A stretch of 64,000 nucleotides of DNA. Source: an uncultured Flavobacteriaceae bacterium. GTDB lineage: Bacteria; Bacteroidota; Bacteroidia; Flavobacteriales; Flavobacteriaceae. The DNA lies in contig CASIAX010000008.1 of NCBI GenBank assembly GCA_949372955.1, forward strand, positions 84,368 to 148,367. Reading direction: 5' to 3'. Position 1 is the stretch's first letter. Every line of letters starts with the position of its first letter. Shown here piece by piece: positions 63,613-64,000 of this stretch. The notes beneath the pieces were generated by a model, which was given only the letters and a program-made list of their open reading frames with translations, was not told where the DNA came from and made no database searches. Position numbers and translations under genes: made by a program.

Positions 63613-64000
63613 TTAATCATTAAAAACTCCCATTGCTGAATACTTATCCATTCTATTGCTAACTAGGTCTTTAGCTGATAGATCTTTAAACTCCATGAAA
63701 GATTTAACTATTGCATCACGAACATTCAGAAATGTTTTTTCTCTATCGGCATGTGCACCCCCTAATGGCTCTTTAACAACTTGATCTACTAATTTCATTT
63801 TCTTCATGTCTTTGGCAGTTAGCTTTAAAGCAGATGCAGCTTGCTCTTTATATTCCCAGCTTCTCCATAAGATAGATGAACACGATTCAGGTGAAATTAC
63901 AGAGTACCAAGTGTTTTCTAACATTAAAACCTTATCACCAACTCCAATACCTAACGCACCACCAGAAGCACCTTCACCAATAATAACAGTAATTATAGGA
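63613..64000 (-). CDS. accA: Acetyl-CoA carboxylase carboxyltransferase alpha subunit, C-terminal part (5' end off the right edge)
   Basis: The track ORF 63613..63924 continues in frame to the window edge: ..[43 protein letters not shown]. Confidence 0.85.
   Translation of the reverse strand, partial: PIITVIIGEGASGGALGIGVGDKVLMLENTWYSVISPESCSSILWRSWEYKEQAASALKLTAKDMKKMKLVDQVVKEPLGGAHADREKTFLNVRDAIVKSFMEFKDLSAKDLVSNRMDKYSAMGVFND

Overview
This is a strongly AT-rich (by eye), tightly packed chromosomal core segment. Several signs point to a free-living member of Bacteroidota, class Flavobacteriia: the bamD-rpoZ-coaBC-DUF4835(porD-like)-recN block, a monomeric isocitrate dehydrogenase, many lipoprotein signals, no Shine-Dalgarno signals, and TAnnTTTG-type -7 boxes. 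About 65 genes are almost all housekeeping. They include dnaA, dnaB, ligA, recN, thrS-infC-rpmI-rplT, trmD-rplS, glyA, smpB, coaE, coaBC, fabI, accA, ribD, dapA and dapF. A 12-kb amino-acid biosynthesis block carries metX-metY, a complete trpEGDCFBA operon, and thrA transcribed divergently from trp. I saw no transposases, integrases, CRISPR arrays, or recognisable defence, toxin or secondary-metabolite islands, and I did not find convincing evidence of a novel multi-gene system. Three RNA elements are missing from the ORF track: an SRP (4.5S) RNA, a SAM-I riboswitch ahead of metY, and a Trp-codon leader-peptide attenuator ahead of trpE. Three oddities stand out. (1) Every frame disruption between 56.2 and 61.5 kb is of the surplus-nucleotide type: five in icd, one in infC, two nt in rpmI. 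Sequence artefact is the most likely cause, but two of these genes are essential. (2) Three genes, including infC, can only keep their conserved N-termini by starting at ATA, ATT or ATC. (3) A 0.66-kb ORF-free, hairpin-rich stretch between rplS and icd ends in a strong terminator and does not match any RNA family I can recognise by eye. All coordinates for non-track features were indexed by hand from the sequence.
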